Shown here: piece after piece, positions 42,317-51,819 of the stretch | Layout: each line of letters starts with the position of its first letter | How positions within the stretch are numbered: position 1 is the first letter of the stretch | Origin: an uncultured cyanobacterium | GTDB lineage: Bacteria; Cyanobacteriota; Cyanobacteriia; Cyanobacteriales; CAWCAG01 | Assembly: GCA_963793425.1 (NCBI GenBank) | Contig: CAWCAG010000005.1 | Coordinates: 256,001 to 320,000, forward strand | Direction: 5' to 3' | Length of the DNA stretch: 64,000 nt | The notes under the pieces: generated by a model | The model's database searches: none | What the model was told of the DNA's origin: nothing | What the model saw: the letters and a program-made list of their open reading frames with translations, nothing else | Position numbers and translations under genes: made by a program

Positions 42317-43285
42317 ATGAACAGAAAATCTTTCTGGTTGACAATTGCTGCAACTGTATTAACCATTGCTAGTACAACCACAAGTTTAGCTCAAGCAGAA
42401 ACAGAAAACTTTGATTCTTTTCGAGACTGGTGTACGGCAAAAGATCATCTTCCTCCTCAAGCAAAACATACTGTAGAGGTATTACTAGAAAGAGCAGAAA
42501 GTGAAGATTGTCTTGAAGCTGAAGGCAAATTATCTAAAATGTCAGATTTAGATATTGCCTATCGTTATGTGCGAGATTTGCGTCCCTTAGCAGCTTTTAC
42601 AAAGCTAACTTCCCTGGACTTAAGTGGAAACGGTATCGTTGATATAACTCCTCTAGCTAACTTCAAGTCTTTAACTACACTTAAGCTTAGCTGGAATAGC
42701 CTAGAGGACTTAACCCCTTTAACTAATTTAACCAATCTCAGTGAACTTTTTCTCTCCCAGAATCGCATTCAAGATTTGGCTCCCTTGTATAACTTAACTA
42801 ATTTAACTGAGCTTTACCTCGATTCTAATCAGGTTAAGGATTTAAGACCCCTATCGGGCTTAACGAACTTAACCTTCTTGGATCTTATGAGCAATGAAGT
42901 TAACAGTCTAGAAGGTTTATCAAACTTAACTACCTTAACTTACTTAGTTCTTTCTCTTAATCAGATTAAAGATTTAACTCCCCTTTCAAGCTTAACTAAG
43001 CTAACAGAACTCGATATTACACAAAATCAGATAGAGGATCTAAGTGCTTTATCTTCTTTGACCGAACTATTTTACCTATCTGCCGAGTCTAATCAGATCA
43101 AAGATTTAACTCCTTTATTAAATTTAGCTAGTCTTAAAGCAGTTTATCTAGGTAATAACCAGGTTCAACAGATACCTTCTCAACTAGATTTAGAACAATT
43201 CAACACATTTTGCTCGGCAGGAAACCCTTTAGGGGAGACTATTTCCGAACGCCTATTTGAGGAGCGAAGATGCCGCTTTTATTGA
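42317..43285 (+). CDS. Internalin-like secreted LRR protein, copy 2
   Basis: Signal peptide MNRKSFWLTIAATVL...AQA, SFRDWC cap, 22-aa LRRs. Confidence 0.9.
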   Translation: MNRKSFWLTIAATVLTIASTTTSLAQAETENFDSFRDWCTAKDHLPPQAKHTVEVLLERAESEDCLEAEGKLSKMSDLDIAYRYVRDLRPLAAFTKLTSLDLSGNGIVDITPLANFKSLTTLKLSWNSLEDLTPLTNLTNLSELFLSQNRIQDLAPLYNLTNLTELYLDSNQVKDLRPLSGLTNLTFLDLMSNEVNSLEGLSNLTTLTYLVLSLNQIKDLTPLSSLTKLTELDITQNQIEDLSALSSLTELFYLSAESNQIKDLTPLLNLASLKAVYLGNNQVQQIPSQLDLEQFNTFCSAGNPLGETISERLFEERRCRFY

Positions 43286-43317
43286 GCAGCTTCTCATCTA
43301 TTCACCTAAATAAAACT

Positions 43318-45048
43318 TTAGTAAGCATTCCCTAACAACTCAAAAGCTGACCAATAAGAAGGTTCTTCAAAAGTTTGATTCTGAAGCGGTATATTGCTGG
43401 GTAAAAGCTTTTTAATTACTTGCGAATTTACCTCTTCGCCTAATGTTTTGGGTTCATAGACGAAGTAAGGTTTCTCAATTCTAGCTCTTCCTTCTATCAT
43501 AGCTAACTGTGCTTCTTGCAAAACTTGCGCTCTAGTTAATCCTTTTTGTTCTGAGAGTATTTGGTAAAATACTTTCATCATAACCATCGTTCCCTCATCG
43601 CTGACTTGCCATAAAGAACCTACAACTGATTCCGCTCCCTGTTGCCAGATTACACTACCAATACCAAACTCTCTGTCCTCATCTAAATTTTGTGACAAAC
43701 CTGAAGCGTTGTCTATTAAGCCTTCACAGCCACTTAAAACAACCATCTCAATTGCAGAAAAATCAAGCCCACGTTCTCTAAGTTCTTGAATATTTATCTC
43801 TCTCTCCCGTGTTTGTAGATAACTCTTATCACCTCCTATCGCTTCCCCGTGAGTAGCAATGTGTAAAATTTGACTAGCTTGCTCTTTATCAACAGCTACT
43901 CCTTGTTCTTGTAAATAATTTTCTAAGTTGTCAAGGTTGAATTGATTCTCTTCAGGTATTTCTGTATCCTCAACTCCGTTAATTTGATTCACCTCTGGAA
44001 CGACTGCGGGTATGTCTCGCCCTTTTAAGAACTCAGATTGTCCGTAAGCTGTAGTTTCTATATTCTCCTGATTCATGGGCTTTGTTTCTGTGAGGGAGAA
44101 ACTGGGAGACACTGATAAGCTAAATTTTTGAACTAAAAAATCATTGCCATCAGATAATACAGCTATAGGAATTGTTTGTAACTCTTGGTCTAATACTAAA
44201 TGGAGATGATTAACGTTTATATTACTTAGGGTTTCTTTAACTGGTTTAATCATCGTTATGTATAGTTGCTGCGCTAATGGTTCATATCCTCCTGAGAACT
44301 GAATAATTTTTCTTCTCAATTGTGTTAATTGTGCTTGCAACTCACTCACATCAACAGGCTTAAACCGGTGAATAGGAGAATACTGAGGATCTCCTGGAAT
44401 AACTACTATATCTATTCCTTGATCTGCGCCTTCTTCACTTTGCACCATCAAATAAACTATCGCCGACTTCATCCCTGTTGCTTGATCTGCGGCATGGATT
44501 CTTTGCTGCATTGAAGCCATTGTTTCTGGAGCGCTGGCAATCTCTTCGTTAGTAAACTCTTCAATCCTTTGTTTTTCAAACTGAGCAACTGTCTCACCAA
44601 TTTCTTCTGAGGATTCGCTAACCGTGCGACGGCCAAAGTTATCGGTGTCTGTTTTTTCTTGCTGTCGCTGTACAAAGCTATTTTGTTGCCCTAGATAGTT
44701 TAATTCGCTTTGGGGTGCATAAGCCCCTTGTTGAAGAAAAACATTCTGCCCTTGAGCTTGTATGAAAGGATTGGCTATCTCTGTTTCCTTAGCAACAGCA
44801 TCAGTTTCTCGCTCATCTTGCTTTCTTTGTACTGGTGGTATTGGATTATCTAGAGAAGAAGCATTTTCAAGCAAAAAGGTACTCCCTGCCGCTTCAAATT
44901 TGCGGCGCATCTCCTCCATTTCTTCTAAGGATTGCCCTTTTATTTGTTGTTGTGGCGAAGCTTGTTGATGTTTTTTTTGTATATTTGAAGTCTGTGATGA
45001 CTTAGTTGGTTGAAAAGCTGACTTCTTTATGTACTTGTGACTCCCCAT
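43318..45048 (-). CDS. CHAT-domain (caspase/HetF-like) protein with a low-complexity Q/E-rich N-terminus
   Basis: LQTIPIAVLSDG, ILHIATHG, VVLSGCE, VVGSLWQVSD, PSYWSAF; GGAGG SD before ATG 45048. Confidence 0.87.
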   Translation of the reverse strand: MGSHKYIKKSAFQPTKSSQTSNIQKKHQQASPQQQIKGQSLEEMEEMRRKFEAAGSTFLLENASSLDNPIPPVQRKQDERETDAVAKETEIANPFIQAQGQNVFLQQGAYAPQSELNYLGQQNSFVQRQQEKTDTDNFGRRTVSESSEEIGETVAQFEKQRIEEFTNEEIASAPETMASMQQRIHAADQATGMKSAIVYLMVQSEEGADQGIDIVVIPGDPQYSPIHRFKPVDVSELQAQLTQLRRKIIQFSGGYEPLAQQLYITMIKPVKETLSNINVNHLHLVLDQELQTIPIAVLSDGNDFLVQKFSLSVSPSFSLTETKPMNQENIETTAYGQSEFLKGRDIPAVVPEVNQINGVEDTEIPEENQFNLDNLENYLQEQGVAVDKEQASQILHIATHGEAIGGDKSYLQTREREINIQELRERGLDFSAIEMVVLSGCEGLIDNASGLSQNLDEDREFGIGSVIWQQGAESVVGSLWQVSDEGTMVMMKVFYQILSEQKGLTRAQVLQEAQLAMIEGRARIEKPYFVYEPKTLGEEVNSQVIKKLLPSNIPLQNQTFEEPSYWSAFELLGNAY

Positions 45049-45338
45049 ACCTGACCTCCAAGTGATTAACGGAATATCCCACAGATACTGACGAGTGGTC
45101 AGTAAAACTAAAAATTGACAAGGTTTGGGATAAGAAGAGGTATCCTTCTTACTGAAGACTATCCCTAAATTTAATCTGAACAAAGCACCAGTAATATCTG
45201 GCTAATACTTTACCACTAAAGCTTGAGTGTGATTTGTTGTTAGTGGTCAAATAAATACTGATAGAGTTACTGTAGGCTATTAGCTGTCGTCGCAGACTAA
45301 AATGATTCATGATAAATGAAATGACTTGGGAAGAAGCG

Positions 45339-46697
45339 ATGGTAGCGGTAGCAGTTCTTGCAGCAGGAAAGGGTACGAGAATGAAGTCAGACCTACCCAA
45401 GGTTTTGCATAGCTTGGGGGGAAAGTCTTTAGTTGAACGAGTACTCAATAGCAGTGAGTCTCTTAAACCTTCTCAACGGTTAGTAATTGTTGGTTATGAA
45501 GCCCAACGAGTGAAGGAAAATCTCCAATCTCTTCCAAGTATAGAGTTCGTGGAACAGACTCAACAATTAGGTACAGGTCACGCAGTTCAACAGATTTTAC
45601 CTCATTTGCAAGACTTTGAAGGAGATTTATTAGTACTCAATGGAGATGTTCCTTTACTCCGTTCAGAAACCTTAGAAAAATTAGTCGAAACTCATCAAAA
45701 AAACGGTAACGCAGCGACTTTATTAACAGCCCAATTACCAAATCCCCAGGGTTACGGTAGGGTATTTTGCGATCACGATGATTTAGTAGAAAAAATTGTT
45801 GAACATCGGGACTGTACTCCTAAACAAAGAAACAATCAGCGTATAAATGCCGGAGTTTATTGCTTCAATTGGCCAAAATTAGCAGCAGTTTTGCCCCAAT
45901 TAGCCGCAGATAATGATCAGCAAGAATATTATCTTACTGATGTTTGTTCTTTGTTAGAACCAGTTATGGCAGTTGATGTGGCAGACTATCAAGAAATTAC
46001 GGGGATTAACGACCGTAAGCAATTAGCCACCGCCGGAGAAATGTTGCAACAACGGGTTAAGGATCATTGGTTAAAAGCCGGGGTAACAATGATTGACCCC
46101 GATAGTATTACCATTGATGAAACTGTACAGTTGCAAGCAGATGTGATTATTGAACCCCAAACCCATTTACGAGGCAAGACAACTATTGGTTCTGGAAGTC
46201 GTTTAGGGCCAGGAAGTTTAATCGAAAATAGTCAAATTGGGGAGAATGTGACTATTTTTTATTCGGTAGTTAGGGATAGTCAGGTTGCGAAAGGAACACA
46301 AATTGGCCCTTATACCCATCTACGGGGTCAAGCAAAGGTTGGGGAAGCTTGCCGCTTGGGTAATTTTGTGGAAGTGAAAAAGACGACTATTGGTAATCAA
46401 ACCAATGCCGCCCACCTTGCCTATTTAGGAGATGCTACCCTCGGCGAACACGTCAATATTGGTGCAGGTACAATTACTGCTAACTACGATGGTTACCAAA
46501 AACATCCTACTTTGATCGGTAACAGTACTAAAACAGGTTCCAATAGCGTATTAGTTGCCCCAGTTACTCTAGGAGAAAACGTAACTGTTGCTGCGGGTTC
46601 GGTGGTAACAAAAGATGTGGAAGATGATTCTTTAGTGGTGGCGAGATCCCGCCAGGTGGTGAGGAAAGGATGGAAGGCTAAAACAAGTAATAAGTAA
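45339..46697 (+). CDS. glmU: Bifunctional UDP-GlcNAc pyrophosphorylase / glucosamine-1-phosphate acetyltransferase
   Basis: [28 protein letters not shown], hexapeptide repeats, [13 protein letters not shown]. Confidence 0.97.
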   Translation: MVAVAVLAAGKGTRMKSDLPKVLHSLGGKSLVERVLNSSESLKPSQRLVIVGYEAQRVKENLQSLPSIEFVEQTQQLGTGHAVQQILPHLQDFEGDLLVLNGDVPLLRSETLEKLVETHQKNGNAATLLTAQLPNPQGYGRVFCDHDDLVEKIVEHRDCTPKQRNNQRINAGVYCFNWPKLAAVLPQLAADNDQQEYYLTDVCSLLEPVMAVDVADYQEITGINDRKQLATAGEMLQQRVKDHWLKAGVTMIDPDSITIDETVQLQADVIIEPQTHLRGKTTIGSGSRLGPGSLIENSQIGENVTIFYSVVRDSQVAKGTQIGPYTHLRGQAKVGEACRLGNFVEVKKTTIGNQTNAAHLAYLGDATLGEHVNIGAGTITANYDGYQKHPTLIGNSTKTGSNSVLVAPVTLGENVTVAAGSVVTKDVEDDSLVVARSRQVVRKGWKAKTSNK

Positions 46698-46767
46698 TAA
46701 GTAATAAGTAATAAGACACCGCACTAGTTTATTGACATAAACGTGGACTGTAGTTATTACTTATTAC
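46686..46767. repeat. (AAGTAAT)x4 heptamer repeat overlapping the glmU stop, with an inverted (TTATTAC)x2 downstream
   Basis: Directly visible. Confidence 0.85.
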
Positions 46768-46854
46768 CTTTGTCAGGAAATGACTAAACAGTTTTGCTTA
46801 AGTAAAACTGTTTGCAATGAACCAATTAGCATAAATAAAAATACGAGTAGGGGG

Positions 46855-46882
46855 TTGCACCCCTCAATAAATATGTTATAGT
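46855..46882 (+). promoter_or_regulatory. Sigma70-type promoter for sRNA copy 1
   Basis: TTGCAC-16 nt-TATAGT with extended TG; -35 lies inside the palindrome AGGGG-GTTGCA-CCCCT. Confidence 0.6.
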
Positions 46883-46889
46883 AGTTTAC

Positions 46890-46942
46890 GTAGATGCACC
46901 CTGATGACTGGGAGAGTTACATTAAGTGGCTCTCCTTTTTTT
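46890..46942 (+). ncRNA. Putative ~53-nt small RNA, copy 1 (5' motif reminiscent of NsiR1)
   Basis: GTAGATGCACCCTGATGACTG followed by the intrinsic terminator GGAGAGTTAC-loop-GTGGCTCTCC-T7; starts ~7 nt after the -10 box; duplicated. Confidence 0.7.
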
Positions 46943-47077
46943 GTGTCTAAAAGTCTAGGCATCACTATGATGAGGTCTATTGAACTTACAAACCTCTCGC
47001 CAAGGAATTCAGAAATCAGTATTTGCGTATTACTGTTAGTGCTGAAAAGAAATTAACAGCAAAAACCCTCATGGGGG

Positions 47078-47106
47078 GTGACACCCCTCAAGATTCATGT
47101 TATTGT
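47078..47106 (+). promoter_or_regulatory. Sigma70-type promoter for sRNA copy 2
   Basis: GTGACA-17 nt-TATTGT with extended TG; same GGGG-N6-CCCC palindrome. Confidence 0.55.
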
Positions 47107-47113
47107 AGTTTAA

Positions 47114-47167
47114 GTAGATGCACCCTGATGACTGGGAGAGTTACATTTAAGTGGCTCTCCTTTTTTT
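47114..47167 (+). ncRNA. Putative ~54-nt small RNA, copy 2
   Basis: Identical to copy 1 except one extra T in the terminator loop. Confidence 0.7.
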
Positions 47168-47233
47168 GTTTGTATACTAAAAACAAGGGTGGTAGTAGGA
47201 CAGAAAGATTGCCTGCCCTATCTATGCTTAAAG

Positions 47234-47503
47234 TTAAGATGCCATTAACTCTTCTAGTTGTGTTGCCGAAGAAAGTTTTGGCAAATTGAGAGAAAGTTGT
47301 TGATAATCATGAGTCGCCACTTTTTCTAAAACTTTAACTTCCACATTTACCGAAATCAAATAAGATCCTGGTTGATTATCCACAGCTTCAGCAAGCATGG
47401 CAGTTAAATCTGGGCAAACCCCTGTAATCGGTTCCCTTAAATTGGACTGTTCCCAGTCATACTGTGCTTCGGGGTTGAGGGTAAGAACGTAATGCTTAAT
47501 CAT
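47234..47503 (-). CDS. Small hypothetical protein
   Basis: Likely start MIKHYVL; GSYLISVNVEVKVLEK. Confidence 0.6.
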   Translation of the reverse strand: MIKHYVLTLNPEAQYDWEQSNLREPITGVCPDLTAMLAEAVDNQPGSYLISVNVEVKVLEKVATHDYQQLSLNLPKLSSATQLEELMAS

Positions 47504-47784
47504 AGCTACAGATGAAAGTGAAGGGTTTAATTCGTTCTTTTCATTATAGTACATTTGTATTAAAAGTAGTTGTAAGCATCCTTTTACTCTCAATACAATA
47601 CTTGGCAATAATAGGAATCTTGTTAAGATAAACATCAAGTTTTTTGAGAGCAACTTTCTATGTAACCCCGTTAAAACAAGGGCGAGAGTATAATTGTATT
47701 GGAGTTTTTACTTTCAATAGTGCCTTAATCTATTGCTAATATTTAGCAATAGTTATAAACTGAGGACTTGATTCGATTCTTGTG

Positions 47785-47812
47785 GGATAATTATCTATGA
47801 TAATGATTATCA
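47785..47812. promoter_or_regulatory. Fur-family (Zur/Fur) operator upstream of the porin
   Basis: Perfect 7-1-7 palindrome TGATAAT-G-ATTATCA at 47798-47812 plus adjacent GATAATTATC. Confidence 0.8.
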
Positions 47813-47871
47813 CAATCATTAAAAACTTCCTTGGGTGCTAGTGATATATTCATTTTTGAGGTGTGAGTTAA

Positions 47872-49542
47872 ATGGTAAAAATTAAAACCCTATGGCAAGC
47901 TTGTTTATTAAGTTCGGCCGTAATTAGTACAAGTTTTTTAATGGGTGCGATCGCCCAAGCAACAGATTTAGACAGTGAACAGTTATTAGCCCAAGTCCCC
48001 ACCAATAGCGACGAAGCCAACTTATTAGAGGATGTCATTCGTTATGGTAATGAAGGACAATCTCAAGAAGCTTTAGACCAAGTAACCAGCGTTAGCCAGT
48101 TAACAGATATTGATCCATTTTGGTACGAAGCTGTAGAAAAGATGGTGGACAAATACGGTTGTATTGTTGGCTATCCTGACAGCACTTTTAAGGGTCAACG
48201 CAACATCACTCGCTACGAATTTGCAGCGGCACTCAGTCGCTGTATGGAGTATATTGAAACCAATATTGGTACAGGAAATCTTGAAGATGGGGATTTAGCA
48301 ACCCTGCGGCGTTTAGTTCAAGAATTTGAGGCAGAATTAGCAACTTTAGGAGCTAGGGTAGATGATTTAGAAGGTCGGGTTGCTTTTGTTGAAGATAATC
48401 AATTTTCTACTACTAGCAAACTGGTGGGACAGGTCGTTTTTGGTCTTGGTAGTCTCTTTTCTGGGGATAATGTGGATGCTGATACTCCTGGTACCGAGGC
48501 TAATGAAGCGACGGTTTTTGGTCATCGTACTCGCTTAGAATTGGAAACTAGCTTCACCGGAGAAGACTTACTCTTTACTAGACTCGCTACAGGAACATTT
48601 CCTGAATTTGCTCAAGTTACAGGGACTAGCGAAGGAGATGTTAGTTTCGCCCAAGATGAAGGTAGTGATGTCGCTGTGGAAGTACTTAAATATAGTTTTC
48701 CTGTTGGAGATAACACAGAAGTGGTTGCCCTCGCGTTTGGGGGAGCTTCTGATGACTTTGCTAGTACAGTTAACTTTCTTGATGGGGATGGTGCAGAAGG
48801 ATCTATATCTGTATTTGGTACTCGCAACCCTATTTATTATCCCTTTGGAGGTGCAGGACTTGGTGTGACTACTCGCTTAGGAGATGTAGCAGAGGTTAGT
48901 TTCGGCTATGCTGCGGCTAATGCCGAAGATCCTACAGCAGGTAATGGCTTATTTGATGGGGCTTACACCGCTATAGGGCAGGTTGTTTTCCAACCCATCG
49001 AAGGACTCAACTTAGGATTAACTTACCTTCACGGTTATAATTCCTTAGATACAGGTGCAGGAAGCCGTTTGGCTAACTTTGCTAATTTTTCCACGGCATT
49101 AGACCTCTCCGTACCGACTTACCACAACTCCTATGGTGCTGAGTTATCATGGCAATTAAGTGATAAATTTGTTTTGGGAGGATGGGCTGGTTATACCAAT
49201 GCAGGGACTTTAGATACAAACACAAGAGCCTTGACTCGTGGTAACTTAGATATTTGGAATTGGGCAGTTACTCTAGGTTTCCCTGATTTAGGTAAAGAAG
49301 GCAGCCTTGGAGGTATTGTTGTAGGTATGGAACCGAGGGTAACAGATTCCAACATTGTCCTTTCCGGAGGAGATAGTAGTGAAGACCAAGATACAGGATT
49401 GCATATAGAAGCTTTTTACCAGTATCAAGTCTCAGATAATATTTCTATTACCCCAGGAGTTATTTGGTTAACAGCCCCAGATCATAATAACAATAACGAA
49501 GACCAAATCATTGGTACTATTCGTACTACTTTTAGTTTTTAA
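47872..49542 (+). CDS. Cyanobacterial outer-membrane porin (SLH + OprB-like barrel)
   Basis: Signal peptide, QVTSVSQLTD, GYPDSTFKG...TRYEFAA SLH, FSTTSKL, C-terminal RTTFSF. Confidence 0.93.
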   Translation: MVKIKTLWQACLLSSAVISTSFLMGAIAQATDLDSEQLLAQVPTNSDEANLLEDVIRYGNEGQSQEALDQVTSVSQLTDIDPFWYEAVEKMVDKYGCIVGYPDSTFKGQRNITRYEFAAALSRCMEYIETNIGTGNLEDGDLATLRRLVQEFEAELATLGARVDDLEGRVAFVEDNQFSTTSKLVGQVVFGLGSLFSGDNVDADTPGTEANEATVFGHRTRLELETSFTGEDLLFTRLATGTFPEFAQVTGTSEGDVSFAQDEGSDVAVEVLKYSFPVGDNTEVVALAFGGASDDFASTVNFLDGDGAEGSISVFGTRNPIYYPFGGAGLGVTTRLGDVAEVSFGYAAANAEDPTAGNGLFDGAYTAIGQVVFQPIEGLNLGLTYLHGYNSLDTGAGSRLANFANFSTALDLSVPTYHNSYGAELSWQLSDKFVLGGWAGYTNAGTLDTNTRALTRGNLDIWNWAVTLGFPDLGKEGSLGGIVVGMEPRVTDSNIVLSGGDSSEDQDTGLHIEAFYQYQVSDNISITPGVIWLTAPDHNNNNEDQIIGTIRTTFSF

Positions 49543-49547
49543 TACTG

Positions 49548-49583
49548 AAACTCAGCAGGATTGATAATAACTTTGCTGAGTTT
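49548..49583 (+). terminator. Hairpin terminator after the porin gene
   Basis: AAACTCAGCAGG...CTTTGCTGAGTTT. Confidence 0.6.
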
Positions 49584-49662
49584 AATCAAATTATAGAACT
49601 GTTGCCAACCTTAAGTAAGCTAAGCCATACTGTGGATATGCTTCTAGCTTCTAGGTAATTTT

Positions 49663-50666
49663 ATGACTCAAGGTATATACACCTTAGCCAACGATGTCGT
49701 TTATGACCAACTTGTTGCCCTTCTTAACAGTATTGCAGTTAATGTTGGTGCAGAATTTCCGGTTCGTGTAGTTGCTTTTGATGAGCGCTTAGATAAGGTA
49801 CGCTCAGAAGTAGAGAAAAGAAAGAATGTTGAATTAGTTGAAGATCCCAGCTTATTTGTACCTTGGGAAGAATTTTCTGGGGAAGTTTGGCAAACCCATC
49901 CCTATGCCCTGAAGATGTGGCGAGAGAAGGGTATTGAAGGGGTCAATCGCTTAGCTTGTAATCGCCGCTACTTTGCTTTTGATGAACGGAGTGATTTTGA
50001 CCAGTTTATTTATTTTGATGCTGATGTTTTAGTGCTTAATTCCCTAGATTTTATGTTTGAGAAACTAGGTGATTATGATTTTGTAATTTACGACTTTCAG
50101 TACAAAGATCCTGGTCATATTTTTAATTTAGATTCTCCTCGGTTATTTGAAGTTTTCCCAGAAGAGAAAGTCCGTTCAGAAATATTTTGTTCTGGCTGTT
50201 TTGGGGCAAGAAAGGTATTTTTCCTCCCGAAAAAAGAGCTTGGTTAATTGAACAGCTTAAGCAAAATGAAGCAGAGGTGCTTTATTTGAACGCTCCTAAT
50301 CAATCTGTTTTAAACTATATGAGAATGCGAGGAGAAATTCCTCTTTGCAACTTATCTTTCACTTTGCCTCAAGAAGAAGTTACAGGTTGTGCGGTTACTT
50401 CAACCCATTTTGAACAAAGAGATAATTTACTTTATGATAAAGAGGCAAGAGTTACCTTTCTCCACTATATTGGTGTCTCTTCCAAAGCCTTTACTCGGTT
50501 ATGTCAAGGGGAGAATCTGGAAGTAGCTTATAGAGATATTTTCTTACATTATCGCTATCTTCACGAACCTCAAAATCGCCCTCAATTTACTGGCAAACCT
50601 CAACCGATTAATCCACCTCCTAGTTTTCAAACTAAAGTGTTAAAAAAATTAGGTTTGAAAAAGTGA
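49663..50666 (+). pseudogene. Npun_R2821/R2822-like glycosyltransferase-fold gene split by a 1-bp deletion near 50205 (possibly a sequencing error)
   Basis: GIYTLAND, YFDADV in frame 1; KKGIF...NQSVLNY...LHYIG in frame 2; together they align with the downstream paralogue. Confidence 0.8.
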
Positions 50667-50676
50667 GGATAAATCA

Positions 50677-51603
50677 ATGAGTCGCGGAATTTATATAGTT
50701 GCTAATGATAAGGTAATTGACAATGCGATCGCCCTTTTAAATAGCATTCGTTATTATGACCCGGATGTAAAAGTATTTTTAGTTCCTTTTAATGACCAAT
50801 ATCAGCAAGTTGCTCAGGAATTAAAAGAACGTCATGATGTAGAAGTTTTTCCTGATTTAGATTTTGTTAATAACTTTACAAGCAAAGTCGGAGAAATATT
50901 TGACCGAGACTTTCTTGCCTTACCAAATAAGATGCGTAAGTTTGTTTTTTGGTTTGGGCCTTTAGATGAATTTCTTTATATTGATACAGATATAATTGTT
51001 TTTGAAAAGATAGCTGAAGTTTTAGATTATCTCAACGAGTACGAGTTTTTATGTTGTGATTATCATCATTCGGGACGAGGATTAATAGATATTTTTGCTC
51101 CTGATATCAAAAAACAAGGCATTTTTACAGAAGCAGAATTAAAAGATGTTTTTAATAGTGGTTTTTGGGCAAGTAAAAAGGGCATTTTTTCTGAACAACA
51201 AATGTATGAGATGTTAAAAGAATGTGCGGCACATCGAGAATATTTTGATTTTTCTCATAACACAACGGATCAACCAATCCTTAATTATGTAGTTCTTAAA
51301 TCTACTCAGAAGCGCTTAAATTTAGTTAAATTAAATCCAGGAGAGCCAGGAAGTTGGGCAGGTTCACCTCATTTCCAAGAAAAAGAACATATCTTATATG
51401 ATGGTCAAAGGCGTTTGAAATATCTCCACTGGGCTGGTACACCCATGAAACCCGGCGCACCCTATCGAGAATTATGGGAATATTATCGTTATCAAGGGGA
51501 AGAAAAACCCTCTCAAATTTCTGTTGCTCAAAAGGAACCAAGTTTTTTGAGAAAGGCTTTGGGCAAGGTTAAAAATAAGCTGAAAAAAGGAAACGGAGAG
51601 TAA
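50677..51603 (+). CDS. Npun_R2821/R2822-like glycosyltransferase-fold protein
   Basis: GIYIVAND, YIDTDI (DxD), FNSGF, DQPILNY, LHWAG. Confidence 0.85.
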   Translation: MSRGIYIVANDKVIDNAIALLNSIRYYDPDVKVFLVPFNDQYQQVAQELKERHDVEVFPDLDFVNNFTSKVGEIFDRDFLALPNKMRKFVFWFGPLDEFLYIDTDIIVFEKIAEVLDYLNEYEFLCCDYHHSGRGLIDIFAPDIKKQGIFTEAELKDVFNSGFWASKKGIFSEQQMYEMLKECAAHREYFDFSHNTTDQPILNYVVLKSTQKRLNLVKLNPGEPGSWAGSPHFQEKEHILYDGQRRLKYLHWAGTPMKPGAPYRELWEYYRYQGEEKPSQISVAQKEPSFLRKALGKVKNKLKKGNGE

Positions 51604-51682
51604 AAGAAATAATCTGCTCGGAACTGAATACATCTCATATTTGTAAGAACACCCTTAGCTTGAAAACCAAAATTATCCTTAG

Positions 51683-51819
51683 AGGCGACCCGTTTTCATT
51701 AACTTGGAGAGTTGAAAACTGATTACATGGGTCGCCTGCCCTACATTTAATTCCCGTCAAGGGCGACCCAATAGTTTATTTTGTCGGTGACTAAAACAAC
51801 GGAAACGGGTTGCCCCTAC
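51683..51819 (-). repeat. Two tandem REP-like long hairpins (GTAG head, GGCRACCC...GGGTCGCC stem)
   Basis: Stems 51683-51692/51728-51737 and 51761-51770/51806-51815, each followed by CTAC on the + strand. Confidence 0.65.

Noticed and set aside
43318..45048. hetF orthologue (suggested by the nearby NsiR1-like repeats)
   Set aside because: The CHAT domain is C-terminal with no TPR region, and glmU separates it from the repeats; the linkage may be coincidental.
46890..47167. Two direct repeats as a minimal CRISPR array
   Set aside because: Units are over 50 bp, 224 bp apart, and each has its own promoter and terminator.
51655..51800. Possible degenerate CRISPR array (GTTTTCA...TTGAAAAC looks like a repeat; TTGAAAAC occurs twice)
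   Set aside because: No full repeat recurs at regular spacing, there are no cas genes in the window, and the segment is better explained as the loop of a REP-like hairpin.
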